The position numbers were made by a program, and so were the translations under genes. Shown here piece after piece: positions 35,795 to 44,010 of a stretch of 63,641 nt of DNA (its first letter is position 1; the number at the start of each line of letters is the position of its first letter). The notes below the pieces were generated by a model that was given only the letters and a program-made list of their open reading frames with translations, did not search any database and was not told where the DNA came from. The DNA is from Verrucomicrobiota bacterium. Its GTDB lineage: Bacteria > Verrucomicrobiota > Verrucomicrobiia > Verrucomicrobiales > DEV007. The DNA is taken from the NCBI GenBank assembly GCA_045046875.1, contig JASFYY010000083.1:1-63641 (forward strand). The letters are read 5' to 3'.

Positions 35795-36993
35795 TGGGTT
35801 ACAAAAAAGCAGTTTGTTGCTATCCGGCGGATGAGGGTGAGGCAAAAAAGATGATGGCTCGGTGGAGCCCCTCGCATTTTGTCGCTATGTTTGCCAATCC
35901 TAGCTGCGGATTTGCGCCCCCGGCTGGCTGTCATTTTTTCCGAGAGCGCCAGCGTTTGGGGTTTTATCAAGCGGCTGCCGAAGCGGCGGCCAGGGTGGCA
36001 TTTCCATATGTTCGCGAAGTGGAACATGATCCTCCGTTAGCTTACAATTCTAGCATCCGGCGGCGGGAGTGTTTCAATAGTTTGGCAGGTGGGGGTTTGG
36101 GTTTTGTTGCGGTGTATTTTAATCCGTGCGGCTATCTAGCGCCGCATTTGAATTTCGAGCGATTCTTGGAACGTTTTGCTTGGATGGGTGATCGCTTGCT
36201 GGTGGTAGAGTTGGCATTTGGCGAGCAAGCTTTCACGCTAACAGGTCAAGCTGAGAATCTGCTTCAGTTGCGATCTGATTCTGTTCTGTGGCAAAAGGAA
36301 GCTTTGATAAATGCTGGCACTAAGATCCTCCGTGAGCGCGGTTTTGCGAATGTGGGGTGGCTTGATGGAGATTCTATCATAGAAGGCTCTGAAGAGGACT
36401 GGTTTGAGCAGTGTGTAGCTGCTCTTCGGGTAAGCGAAGTTGTGCAAGTTTTTGAAAAGGTAGAGCATCGTTTTGCTGATCAGAGAATCATCGCTCTTGG
36501 AAGCGTTGCTAATTTACAAAACACAGCTACGCCAGTGGCTAAGATTTGGAAAACAGGTTTGGGTTGGATTGTGCGAGGGCATATTTGGGATTCCTGTTCA
36601 TGGTATGATCTTGGTATAGCGGGGTCTGGAGATCGGCTGATTTTTCTTGCGTCGGTATTGGAGGATGTTCGCCCTGAAGTTGAGCGATCTCCTCAGTTCT
36701 CCAGTTCCCATGGTTATCTGGAGAGCTATCTTAGATGGGCAAAAATCTGGTCTGACTGCGTTGGCGGTAAGTGTTCATATTTGTCCGGTGTGGCGGCAAG
36801 TAGCGAGGAGCACGGGTCGCATTCTGATCGCCAGTATTATTCGCGTGAAATTGCGTTGCGCGATGCCGGATATGATCCTGCTAAGCATCTCGGGCGTGAC
36901 GTCAACGGATTATTGATGTGGAGTGATGCAGCGCCGGAAAATCTGAAAAGTGTAATGTTGGATTATTTTAAGAATCGAAGGGAGGATGGATGA
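35794..36993 (+). CDS. Glycosyltransferase-like protein (GT-A-like)
   Basis: Likely start MGYKK; YFNPCGY, VVELAFG, LWQKEALINAG, VGWLDGD (DxD), GSGD, HGS..DRQY..R. Confidence 0.55.
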   Translation: MGYKKAVCCYPADEGEAKKMMARWSPSHFVAMFANPSCGFAPPAGCHFFRERQRLGFYQAAAEAAARVAFPYVREVEHDPPLAYNSSIRRRECFNSLAGGGLGFVAVYFNPCGYLAPHLNFERFLERFAWMGDRLLVVELAFGEQAFTLTGQAENLLQLRSDSVLWQKEALINAGTKILRERGFANVGWLDGDSIIEGSEEDWFEQCVAALRVSEVVQVFEKVEHRFADQRIIALGSVANLQNTATPVAKIWKTGLGWIVRGHIWDSCSWYDLGIAGSGDRLIFLASVLEDVRPEVERSPQFSSSHGYLESYLRWAKIWSDCVGGKCSYLSGVAASSEEHGSHSDRQYYSREIALRDAGYDPAKHLGRDVNGLLMWSDAAPENLKSVMLDYFKNRREDG

Positions 36994-37649
36994 AGGGAAA
37001 AGTATATGACAATCCTGCTTGCCTGCAGGCCCCGCGCAACAGGTTTGCGCCGCGATGGAATCCATTATATTGGGGAGGTGCTGTTGGGTTGGTTGCGTTG
37101 ATTATAGCGATCAAAGAAGAGCTAGGTGAGGATCAGGGGAAATTGATTGAACTAGGGTCTGCTTGTGGGGAGAGCGGTTCTATGTTTGCGGGTAGTGGCG
37201 TGTTTGAAAAAGTTTGGCTGGTGGATCGCTGGAATTACGCGGGGCAATTTGAGGTCGCTGAATTCAACCTCCGGCGCTATCCATGCGCTGAGATGGTCCA
37301 GGGCGATATGTTCGAGATAGCCAAGCAGTGGGAGGAGCAAGTGGATGTGATTTACCTGGATGCGGAGCATGACTATGATTCTGTGATGGATGGCTTGGAA
37401 ACATGGGATAAGCATTTGCGCCCCGGGGGCATCTGGGCTGGTCACGATTACAATCTTGAAGTATGGCCTGGTGTGGTGATGGCGGTAGATGAGTTTTTCC
37501 CTGAAAGCGAAATCAGAGTGTTTGAGGATTTAAGCTGGATGGTCATTAAGACGGATAGCGATGATCGGGCGAGAAAAGATCTGAGTGATTTGGTGGATAG
37601 TTTTCCGGTCGATCATGGAGATGATCCTGTTTACGAGGTAGATAAATGA
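36990..37649 (+). CDS. Class I SAM-dependent methyltransferase (Methyltransf_24-like)
   Basis: LIELGSACGES, VDRW, VDVIYLDAEHDY, LRPGGIWAGHDY, PGVVMAVDE. Confidence 0.88.
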   Translation: MKGKVYDNPACLQAPRNRFAPRWNPLYWGGAVGLVALIIAIKEELGEDQGKLIELGSACGESGSMFAGSGVFEKVWLVDRWNYAGQFEVAEFNLRRYPCAEMVQGDMFEIAKQWEEQVDVIYLDAEHDYDSVMDGLETWDKHLRPGGIWAGHDYNLEVWPGVVMAVDEFFPESEIRVFEDLSWMVIKTDSDDRARKDLSDLVDSFPVDHGDDPVYEVDK

Positions 37650-37855
37650 ACGGTGGGCGTTTCCATAATGTTTCGGGCTTTACTTGCTCTGTTGCTTCGC
37701 CTCGCTACCACCGTGCTGAGCGTAAGTGGAATCAAAAGTGGAAAGGCAAATCATTCCGCGATATGCCAGCTTGTGATCAAGATTCGCAAAAGATGCTATT
37801 CGCTCTTTATCGCCGGGGTCTTTACTGCCCAGGGGAATCTCGTTTGACACCGTAA
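37646..37855 (+). CDS. Phage hypothetical protein
   Basis: ATGA-type overlap with the methyltransferase stop. Confidence 0.45.
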   Translation: MNGGRFHNVSGFTCSVASPRYHRAERKWNQKWKGKSFRDMPACDQDSQKMLFALYRRGLYCPGESRLTP

Positions 37856-37864
37856 CCGTGAAAT

Positions 37865-38521
37865 ATGGCTGGCAACACTTCAGCGCGTCGTATGTGGCGC
37901 ATGAGAAAACGTAGGCTGGCTAGGCAAGTAAAGCCCCGGTCAGGCAATGGCCGTAAACCTAAAAAAACTGGATTCCTTATGAAGCTACTGTTCCAATATC
38001 TCTACAAACTCCTGTTTGCTAACCTTCGCAACTGGAAAACAACTACGGCTGGCATTTCTCAAATCGCTGCTGCTGTTGGCGTATTCACTGGTCATCTTGG
38101 CGGTGAAGAGCTTTCGGCTGAAGGTGGCGAAGCCTTACAAAATCTAGTGGCGCTGCTCCTTGCAATGTCCGGGGTAAACGGATTTTTCAGTCGCGATGCC
38201 AATGTATCCAGCCAATCGAGCAAGGCACGGCCCAAGGGCGGCTTCGATATTTCTGGGGTCAATAACGTGCTGCCGATTTTTTTGATGGTGGCGGCGGCCT
38301 TTACGCTTGCGAGTTGCAGCACTCCTGCGGGGCAACAAATCGGCTCCGCTTTCAAAGGACTGTCTGGCCGGACTGGACTGGCCGACGGTGGCGCAATCGT
38401 CGAAGTGGTGGTGCCGCCTGGATATGGTGTGGGTCTGAAGGGATATGTAGTCACTCCCTGGACAAGCGAGCTCCCGACCAACCAAAGTCTTTTCCTGGAA
38501 GATCCCCTAAATGTGGACTGA
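37865..38521 (+). CDS. Holin-like membrane protein with basic leader and internal lipobox segment
   Basis: NWKTTTAG TM pair, FSRDANVSS, then LPIFLMVAAAFTLASC; second Met at 37979. Confidence 0.55.
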   Translation: MAGNTSARRMWRMRKRRLARQVKPRSGNGRKPKKTGFLMKLLFQYLYKLLFANLRNWKTTTAGISQIAAAVGVFTGHLGGEELSAEGGEALQNLVALLLAMSGVNGFFSRDANVSSQSSKARPKGGFDISGVNNVLPIFLMVAAAFTLASCSTPAGQQIGSAFKGLSGRTGLADGGAIVEVVVPPGYGVGLKGYVVTPWTSELPTNQSLFLEDPLNVD

Positions 38522-38867
38522 ACCTACAGCGGAAGAGGATACTCCCCTGCTCACTGTGCTCATTGGTGGTGCGGTGGCTGTTTGCGTTTTGGCATTATTT
38601 GCGACGGGTGGCGTGTGGCTCTGTTACCGCCATGCTACAGCTCCTGATGGCATCGCCGCCGGGGCTGCTGATTTTGAGCGTAGTTCTGGCAGCTCTGCTG
38701 AGCTTCCGTCTGTTGTTGGAATTGAGACTATGGGAGGTCACACGCCAGGCTGCTTGTCTGAAGCGCCTCTACGAATGCGAACCGGCGGTCTATCAATCGA
38801 GCGTGTGGTGGTGGAACGATCACGTCGAGATCCAGCGTCGGACAAATCAGCGGAGTTGGTTAGATGA
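38511..38867 (+). CDS. Single-TM lysis-region protein (spanin-like?)
   Basis: TM LLTVLIGGAVAVCVLALFA; overlaps the upstream stop. Confidence 0.4.
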   Translation: MWTEPTAEEDTPLLTVLIGGAVAVCVLALFATGGVWLCYRHATAPDGIAAGAADFERSSGSSAELPSVVGIETMGGHTPGCLSEAPLRMRTGGLSIERVVVERSRRDPASDKSAELVR

Positions 38868-38924
38868 TCTGTTGGTGCTTGATGCCTGGGATGATGTTGA
38901 AAAAATTAAAACAATTAAAACAAG

Positions 38925-39689
38925 ATGAAATTTAATACTGATAACGTATCTCTCTCCGACTGCTTGGCTCTTTCCAAAATATTGATTTCCAAGGTTGAAG
39001 AAGGCTTGACTGTGCCGGAGAAGCTCATGGTAGATTCTGTGGTCGCACGCCCTGTCAAGGTGGATTACACCAAGTCGCGTAAGGCGTTAATTGAATTGCC
39101 GGAAGAGGCTGTTCCTGGTTCGGTGGTTGATTTTTATGGTTCTCCGAAGCGTGATCCAGGTTATCTGGCATGGTTTGATTTCCCAACTGATAAAATGCGA
39201 TTGTATGCCCGTGATGGATCGAACTTGACCGATCACAATGACGACGGTTTCGATGATCATCGATGTCATCGCTTGGTTGTCTCTCAATTGGAATCGGCCT
39301 TCGCGGAATTGTGGGAAGTTCTTGGTGAATCGCGTTTTTTCAGCGAGGGCTGGCATGTTTATTCTGGTTGTTTCAATTATCGCCGCAAAAAAGCAGGGAG
39401 TGGACATAGTGTGCATTCCTGGGGAGCAGCCATCGACCTGACTGCCTGGGGCTCTGGGCTGATCACTCGTGAATGCGGTTTCAGTTTGGAAGGTGTGAGC
39501 ATTATGGAATCCCATGGTTTTCTTTGGGGGCCTCGTGCCTGGGGAATGCCTGGGGAATTCGAAAACAGGAAATATCCAGGGAAATACTTCGATGCGATGC
39601 ATTTTCAAGCTGCTGTTCCCTACCTCAATTCAAACAGTTATTACGCAAAACGCGGACTGCCGGAAAACATTCGGCGCTGGCAGCCATAA
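38925..39689 (+). CDS. Endolysin, M15-family metallopeptidase
   Basis: GCFNYR, SVHSWGAAID, GFLWG, DAMHFQ. Confidence 0.88.
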   Translation: MKFNTDNVSLSDCLALSKILISKVEEGLTVPEKLMVDSVVARPVKVDYTKSRKALIELPEEAVPGSVVDFYGSPKRDPGYLAWFDFPTDKMRLYARDGSNLTDHNDDGFDDHRCHRLVVSQLESAFAELWEVLGESRFFSEGWHVYSGCFNYRRKKAGSGHSVHSWGAAIDLTAWGSGLITRECGFSLEGVSIMESHGFLWGPRAWGMPGEFENRKYPGKYFDAMHFQAAVPYLNSNSYYAKRGLPENIRRWQP

Positions 39690-39705
39690 CCGGAATCTAA
39701 AAAAA

Positions 39706-39930
39706 ATGCATCATCCCTTCCATTGGTCAAAAGGAATTCACGATATGATTTCTGCTATCGCCACCGGCGGGGCGGTCGGCTTGACGTTTACAAATGTCGA
39801 AATGGCACTGAAGATTGTCGCGCTAATTTTAGCGATCATTTTCAGCGCTCAAGGTGTCTGTATGAGGCGGTTAGAAAGAAAAGGGTATCGCCCTCCTAAG
39901 TGCGAGGATCGGAAGGATCGGAAGGATTGA
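39706..39930 (+). CDS. Small holin-like membrane protein
   Basis: Two hydrophobic segments and a charged tail, after the endolysin. Confidence 0.5.
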   Translation: MHHPFHWSKGIHDMISAIATGGAVGLTFTNVEMALKIVALILAIIFSAQGVCMRRLERKGYRPPKCEDRKDRKD

Positions 39931-39936
39931 TATTCT

Positions 39937-40090
39937 GGGGAGGGCTGGGGTTGATGGCGACAAGCGAGACAGGTTAGCGAAGCATGAGCGTTCTGGCTCG
40001 CTTGTCGTTATCAACCCGCTAAGCCCTCCCCTACCTCCGTGTAGCGATTTGGCGTTGGGCGAGTCCGCGAGTCCTGCGCCAAATCGCGGA
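39937..40090 (+). other. Two long stem-loops (candidate structured RNA or RNase III site)
   Basis: Stems at 39937-40031 and 40044-40087; most mismatches are G-U on the + strand. Confidence 0.7.
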
Positions 40091-40099
40091 ACGCTGGCA

Positions 40100-40133
40100 T
40101 TTTGGGTATTGCCGGCTTTTGGGTATTGCCGGC
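40100..40133. repeat. 17-bp tandem repeat, candidate integrase arm-type sites
   Basis: ttttgggtattgccggc x2, about 110 bp from the att core. Confidence 0.65.
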
Positions 40134-40240
40134 TTAATGTTAGTTTTTTATAGAAAGCATATGTTTTTAGGCTTATCTATACGACTCATGAACTCCTCAC
40201 GATTTGTATAACTCATTAAAAATCAACTATATTCTATTTA

Positions 40241-40286
40241 GCTCATAACCTGAAGGTCGTCGGTTCAAATCCGGCTTCCGCAACCA
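40241..40286 (+). pseudogene. attR: 3' half of initiator tRNA-Met (CAT)
   Basis: gctCATaacctgaaggtcgtcggttcaaatccggcttccgcaaCCA closely matches the 3' half of tRNA-fMet; the 5' half is absent. Confidence 0.92.
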
Positions 40287-40290
40287 TTTC

Positions 40291-40330
40291 AAGACCCTGT
40301 AGCTCTCCGAGCTACAGGGTCTTTTTTTTT
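40291..40330 (+). terminator. Host tRNA intrinsic terminator
   Basis: aagaccctgtagctc-tcc-gagctacagggtctt followed by a T run. Confidence 0.9.
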
Positions 40331-40558
40331 GCCCCTGACCTATCAAAATCTACGTTTCATCTAGATTCATCTGATAAGGCCCCTTAGAAAACTTCCGCCC
40401 CTTCACTCCCCAGCCTCCAACCACTCATCGCTCAAATCCACCAACAATCGCAAGCTTGGTGGGAAAAACCCAATTTGGGTCATTCCTTATTTCATCTAAT
40501 CTTGCCCCTCTTCTGATCCTTTGCCTGATTTATCACCGTCACAGCGGCTATCAAACGT

Positions 40559-42823
40559 CTAGGATTGCGAGCCGTCAACTTCCGAACTCAGGTCATCAAA
40601 AAAGGTAACCCGCCCAGTTGAAACATCATAGAAACCTCCAACCAGTTTGACCTGTCCATCTTTAATCAGTTGATCAATTTTATTACTGTCCGAGCGAATT
40701 TTCTCCATGGTTTTGATAACATTAAGCTTGGAGATATAATCAGCAAAATCCTCATCTGAAAAACCGGACTTCTTTCGATCTACTATTTCAAGATCCACAA
40801 TTTCAGCGATAGGTTTAACAATGCTATCGAGATTATCGCACCCCGTGAACAACAGCGCATTGGTTTTCTCCTCGACCAGACTAATCGTGGAAGTAATAGC
40901 TCCACACTTCGAGTGCCCCATCACCACGATCAATTTGGCTCCTGCAACCGCGCAACCATACTCCATACTACCCAACAGCTTATTGGAAACAATGTTGCCA
41001 GCTACCCGGACACTAAAAAGATCTCCCAAGCCCATATCAAATATTTTTTCCGTTGCCACCCGGGAATCCATACAAGAGAGCACCACGGCCAAGGGGTGCT
41101 GCCCTTTAGTATTAGCCAAAACCTGACGGCGGAAATCCCGCAAAATAGGCTCCCCCTCAATAATGCGCTGATTACCTTTTTTCAGTAGATCCAACACCTC
41201 TTCCGGCGACAAGCGCTCTTGCACCTCCTTGGTGGGAACTTCGATATACGCAATGTGTTCTTCAAATTCGTATTTATCTTCGAAACCCATCAGGCTGAGT
41301 TGTATATCGTGGGCTGGTGCGATTTCCTCTTCAAACTCACGGAAAAGATCGAGAATATCTGAATCGATATAATCCGTCCGACGTGCATCGAGCACCACAT
41401 GACTGCCTTTAGGGAAACCATGCAAAATTTTCATCAGGGACGCCCGGTTCAAGAAACTGATTTGACTGCCTAGCTTTATCCGAATCACGTCGGTATCCAA
41501 ATGCTTCTCATAGATGATAAAAGGCGCTCGTTTGAGATTACTGTAGAGAATAAAACCAATGGACACTGTCAGCCCGATGCATATACCGATAAGCAAATCA
41601 GTAAACACAATAGCAAGAACCGTTATAACAAACGGAAGAAACTGATTACTCCCTTCTTTCCACATCTGCTTGAACAAAGAAGGTTTAGCCAGCTTCAATC
41701 CGGTCACCATCAATACTGCAGCCAAACAAGAGAATGGAATGAGATTCAGCAGTCCGGGAGCCAATAGAACCATCACCAGCAGTAATAAACCATGAATAAA
41801 GCTGGTCATTTTGGTTTTGCCCCCGGCATCAATCCCCACTGAACTTCGAACCACCACCGAGGTGACAGGCAGGCCACCTATCATCCCGCAAGTAATGTTG
41901 CCAACCCCTTGGGCGATGAGCTCGCGATTAGGGGGGGATACACGCTTTTGACGGTCGATTTTATCCACCGCTTCCAGATTGAGCAAAGTTTCCAAAGTAG
42001 CAACTATGGCAATCGTAATAGCAGCGATCCATACAGGCGAAGCAGAAAGAACGGAGAAATCGGGACTACTCAAAGAAGTCTTCAAACTTGCCAACGAATT
42101 GATGGTTGGGATTTGTACCAAGTGAGATTCACCAATGGCCCAATGACCACCCATCTGACGAAGCAACAGAACCCCTACAATGCCTCCTCCAACAATAACC
42201 AACGGAGCAGGCAACAAAAGTTTATCCAGTTTTAATTTATCCCACAAGAGTAGCAAAGCGATGGAAACAAAACCAATCAGAGTCGCTCCCGGATGGATAT
42301 GAAAAAACGAAATGGCGATTTCTGTGAATGTATTTTGTTCATCCCGTTGCAAAAAACCCATATCCCCGAGCCAATCCATATCATAACCTATAAGGTGAGG
42401 TATTTGTTTTAAAATAAGAATGATACCGATGGCAGCCAAAAGCCCCTTGATCACATTTGAAGGAAAAAAAGCAGCCAGTGAGCCGGCCTTCAACACCCCT
42501 GTAATAATTTGCAAAATGCCTGCAATCACAATGGCCGGCAAAAAAGCCTCAAACGAACCCAAATTAGAAATCTGGCTAGCGACAATAGCCGTTAAGCCAG
42601 CAGCAGGACCGCTAACACTGGTATGCGATCCGCTGATCCAAGTGATAATCGTGCCACCGACAATTCCCGCGACTATGCCTGACATCAAAGGCGCACCCGA
42701 GGCCAAAGCGACTCCTAGGCACAATGGCAGAGCCACAAGAAAAACCACCAATCCAGCCGAAAAATCACGGACAAGTGCTTTGGTATAATTTAGAGATTCC
42801 TGAGCTTGGGAGTTGGTGTTCAT
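40559..42823 (-). CDS. SulP anion transporter fused to beta-carbonic anhydrase
   Basis: VALPLCLGVALASGAP, VSGPAAGL, STAS region, CMDSR, RVAGN, HSKCGA. Confidence 0.95.
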   Translation of the reverse strand: MNTNSQAQESLNYTKALVRDFSAGLVVFLVALPLCLGVALASGAPLMSGIVAGIVGGTIITWISGSHTSVSGPAAGLTAIVASQISNLGSFEAFLPAIVIAGILQIITGVLKAGSLAAFFPSNVIKGLLAAIGIILILKQIPHLIGYDMDWLGDMGFLQRDEQNTFTEIAISFFHIHPGATLIGFVSIALLLLWDKLKLDKLLLPAPLVIVGGGIVGVLLLRQMGGHWAIGESHLVQIPTINSLASLKTSLSSPDFSVLSASPVWIAAITIAIVATLETLLNLEAVDKIDRQKRVSPPNRELIAQGVGNITCGMIGGLPVTSVVVRSSVGIDAGGKTKMTSFIHGLLLLVMVLLAPGLLNLIPFSCLAAVLMVTGLKLAKPSLFKQMWKEGSNQFLPFVITVLAIVFTDLLIGICIGLTVSIGFILYSNLKRAPFIIYEKHLDTDVIRIKLGSQISFLNRASLMKILHGFPKGSHVVLDARRTDYIDSDILDLFREFEEEIAPAHDIQLSLMGFEDKYEFEEHIAYIEVPTKEVQERLSPEEVLDLLKKGNQRIIEGEPILRDFRRQVLANTKGQHPLAVVLSCMDSRVATEKIFDMGLGDLFSVRVAGNIVSNKLLGSMEYGCAVAGAKLIVVMGHSKCGAITSTISLVEEKTNALLFTGCDNLDSIVKPIAEIVDLEIVDRKKSGFSDEDFADYISKLNVIKTMEKIRSDSNKIDQLIKDGQVKLVGGFYDVSTGRVTFFDDLSSEVDGSQS

Positions 42824-42878
42824 TGATACGGCAAAATAACAATCCTAACAAAATTTGTTAAATTACCAAGTGAAAACA

Positions 42879-43931
42879 TCAAGGATCAACTACAGGCCGA
42901 GCTGAAAACCCTTTCCACCGTTTCTCTAGAAAAATTTTATCTGCTCGATCCGGATGGATCACTATGCGGAAATCAAAGTGCATTTTTTTTCCCGCATCCA
43001 AAGTGAAAGGGCCTTCAAAAAGAGGCGCATGATGAAACTCGTGAGGCATTGCAGCCACATGCCAGGGGGAGGGGTGACGAAAATTCCCCGGATGATCCAT
43101 AATAACCACTCCCCCGTTTTTTCCATCCTCCCCATCCAGATATAAATCCACCCATCGCGCTGGCTTACCATGCATAGGTTGGAGGCTTTTTCGAGTCACC
43201 TTGCTAATCTTATCGGCTTCACTCCTCACCTTCGCCCCTTCACTGTTCGAAATCGTCCAAGCCGCTACCTGCTCATGACCCGCCAGTCGAAACTGCAAGC
43301 CCGCATAACCGCCAAACCACTTCCCGTCCGGCTCACCCTCAATCGGAGTTCGATCCAGAACTGCCCCCTTGGCCCCAGCGGTAAACACCGCATGCCAGTC
43401 AATCTGATAATTTCCATTTTCATCCGGCGCGCTTACCGTGATCACACGCTTCTCCGTGAGATCCGCAGGCTCCCCCGGCGGATGATAGCTCAACTCCAAA
43501 TCAAAGCGTGCTGAAAAATCATCATTGACCGTCACTTTCACCGTCACCACATCGGTGTGTCCCATTTTTTTATCCGGCCATTTTTTTTTACCATCCGGCC
43601 AGGTCCAATAACCTTCCAAACCGTTGATTTTTTTCCAAGCAAAACGCAAACCCCGGTGCCAAAGGTGATCCCCCGGACGCAAAGCGGTCAACACAGCTCC
43701 ATCCAATGCGGCCAAAGGATGAAAATAAGGTGCGCCCTTTTCTTTCCCATCCTGCAGATGATTGAACTGCCAAACAATCACATCCCCGTTCATCAAAGCC
43801 AATGAAGCCGCCCCCTCGCTCCAAGACAAATCCCCTGCGTATTTCCTCGGTTCTGCTGCTTCGCTCATCGCCAAAGAAAAACACAGAGTGATCACACCAA
43901 AAAACCATAATCGTTTGTCCTGTTGATACAT
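42879..43931 (-). CDS. Secreted PmoA-like (DUF6807-type) hypothetical protein
   Basis: Signal peptide; PYFHPL, DHLWHRGL, GYAGL, MDHPGN..HP..W. Confidence 0.7.
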   Translation of the reverse strand: MYQQDKRLWFFGVITLCFSLAMSEAAEPRKYAGDLSWSEGAASLALMNGDVIVWQFNHLQDGKEKGAPYFHPLAALDGAVLTALRPGDHLWHRGLRFAWKKINGLEGYWTWPDGKKKWPDKKMGHTDVVTVKVTVNDDFSARFDLELSYHPPGEPADLTEKRVITVSAPDENGNYQIDWHAVFTAGAKGAVLDRTPIEGEPDGKWFGGYAGLQFRLAGHEQVAAWTISNSEGAKVRSEADKISKVTRKSLQPMHGKPARWVDLYLDGEDGKNGGVVIMDHPGNFRHPSPWHVAAMPHEFHHAPLFEGPFTLDAGKKMHFDFRIVIHPDRADKIFLEKRWKGFSARPVVDP

Positions 43932-44010
43932 AGTGCTAAACTCTGTGCGAATGCAGTCTTAAGCAATGGTTAATTACCTACAGCCCCCTCACTTCAGCAC
44001 TATTTTTCTC

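Larger units (their letters stand above)
1..40286 (+). mobile_element. Temperate lambda-like siphovirus prophage integrated in an initiator tRNA-Met gene (left end lies outside the window)
   Basis: Integrase C-terminus at 1-158; ordered early, replication, packaging, head, tail and lysis modules; tRNA 3' fragment at the right end; + strand composition switches from G/T-rich to C/A-rich near 40300. No tail sheath recognised. Confidence 0.95.

Noticed and set aside
36990..37649. DNA methyltransferase for anti-restriction
   Set aside because: Lacks DPPY/NPPY/PC motifs; matches the small-molecule or glycan methyltransferase pattern.
31899..40240. Diversity-generating retroelement or invertible tail-fibre switch
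   Set aside because: No reverse transcriptase, TR/VR pair or invertase seen.
40241..40286. Intact tRNA-Met gene
   Set aside because: The acceptor 5' strand and D-arm are missing; it is an att remnant.
1..40286. Alternative genetic code in the prophage
   Set aside because: Core genes are full length and tightly coupled under the standard code.
42879..43931. Methane monooxygenase subunit
   Set aside because: Soluble secreted PmoA-like family protein; no pmoCAB context or multi-TM profile.
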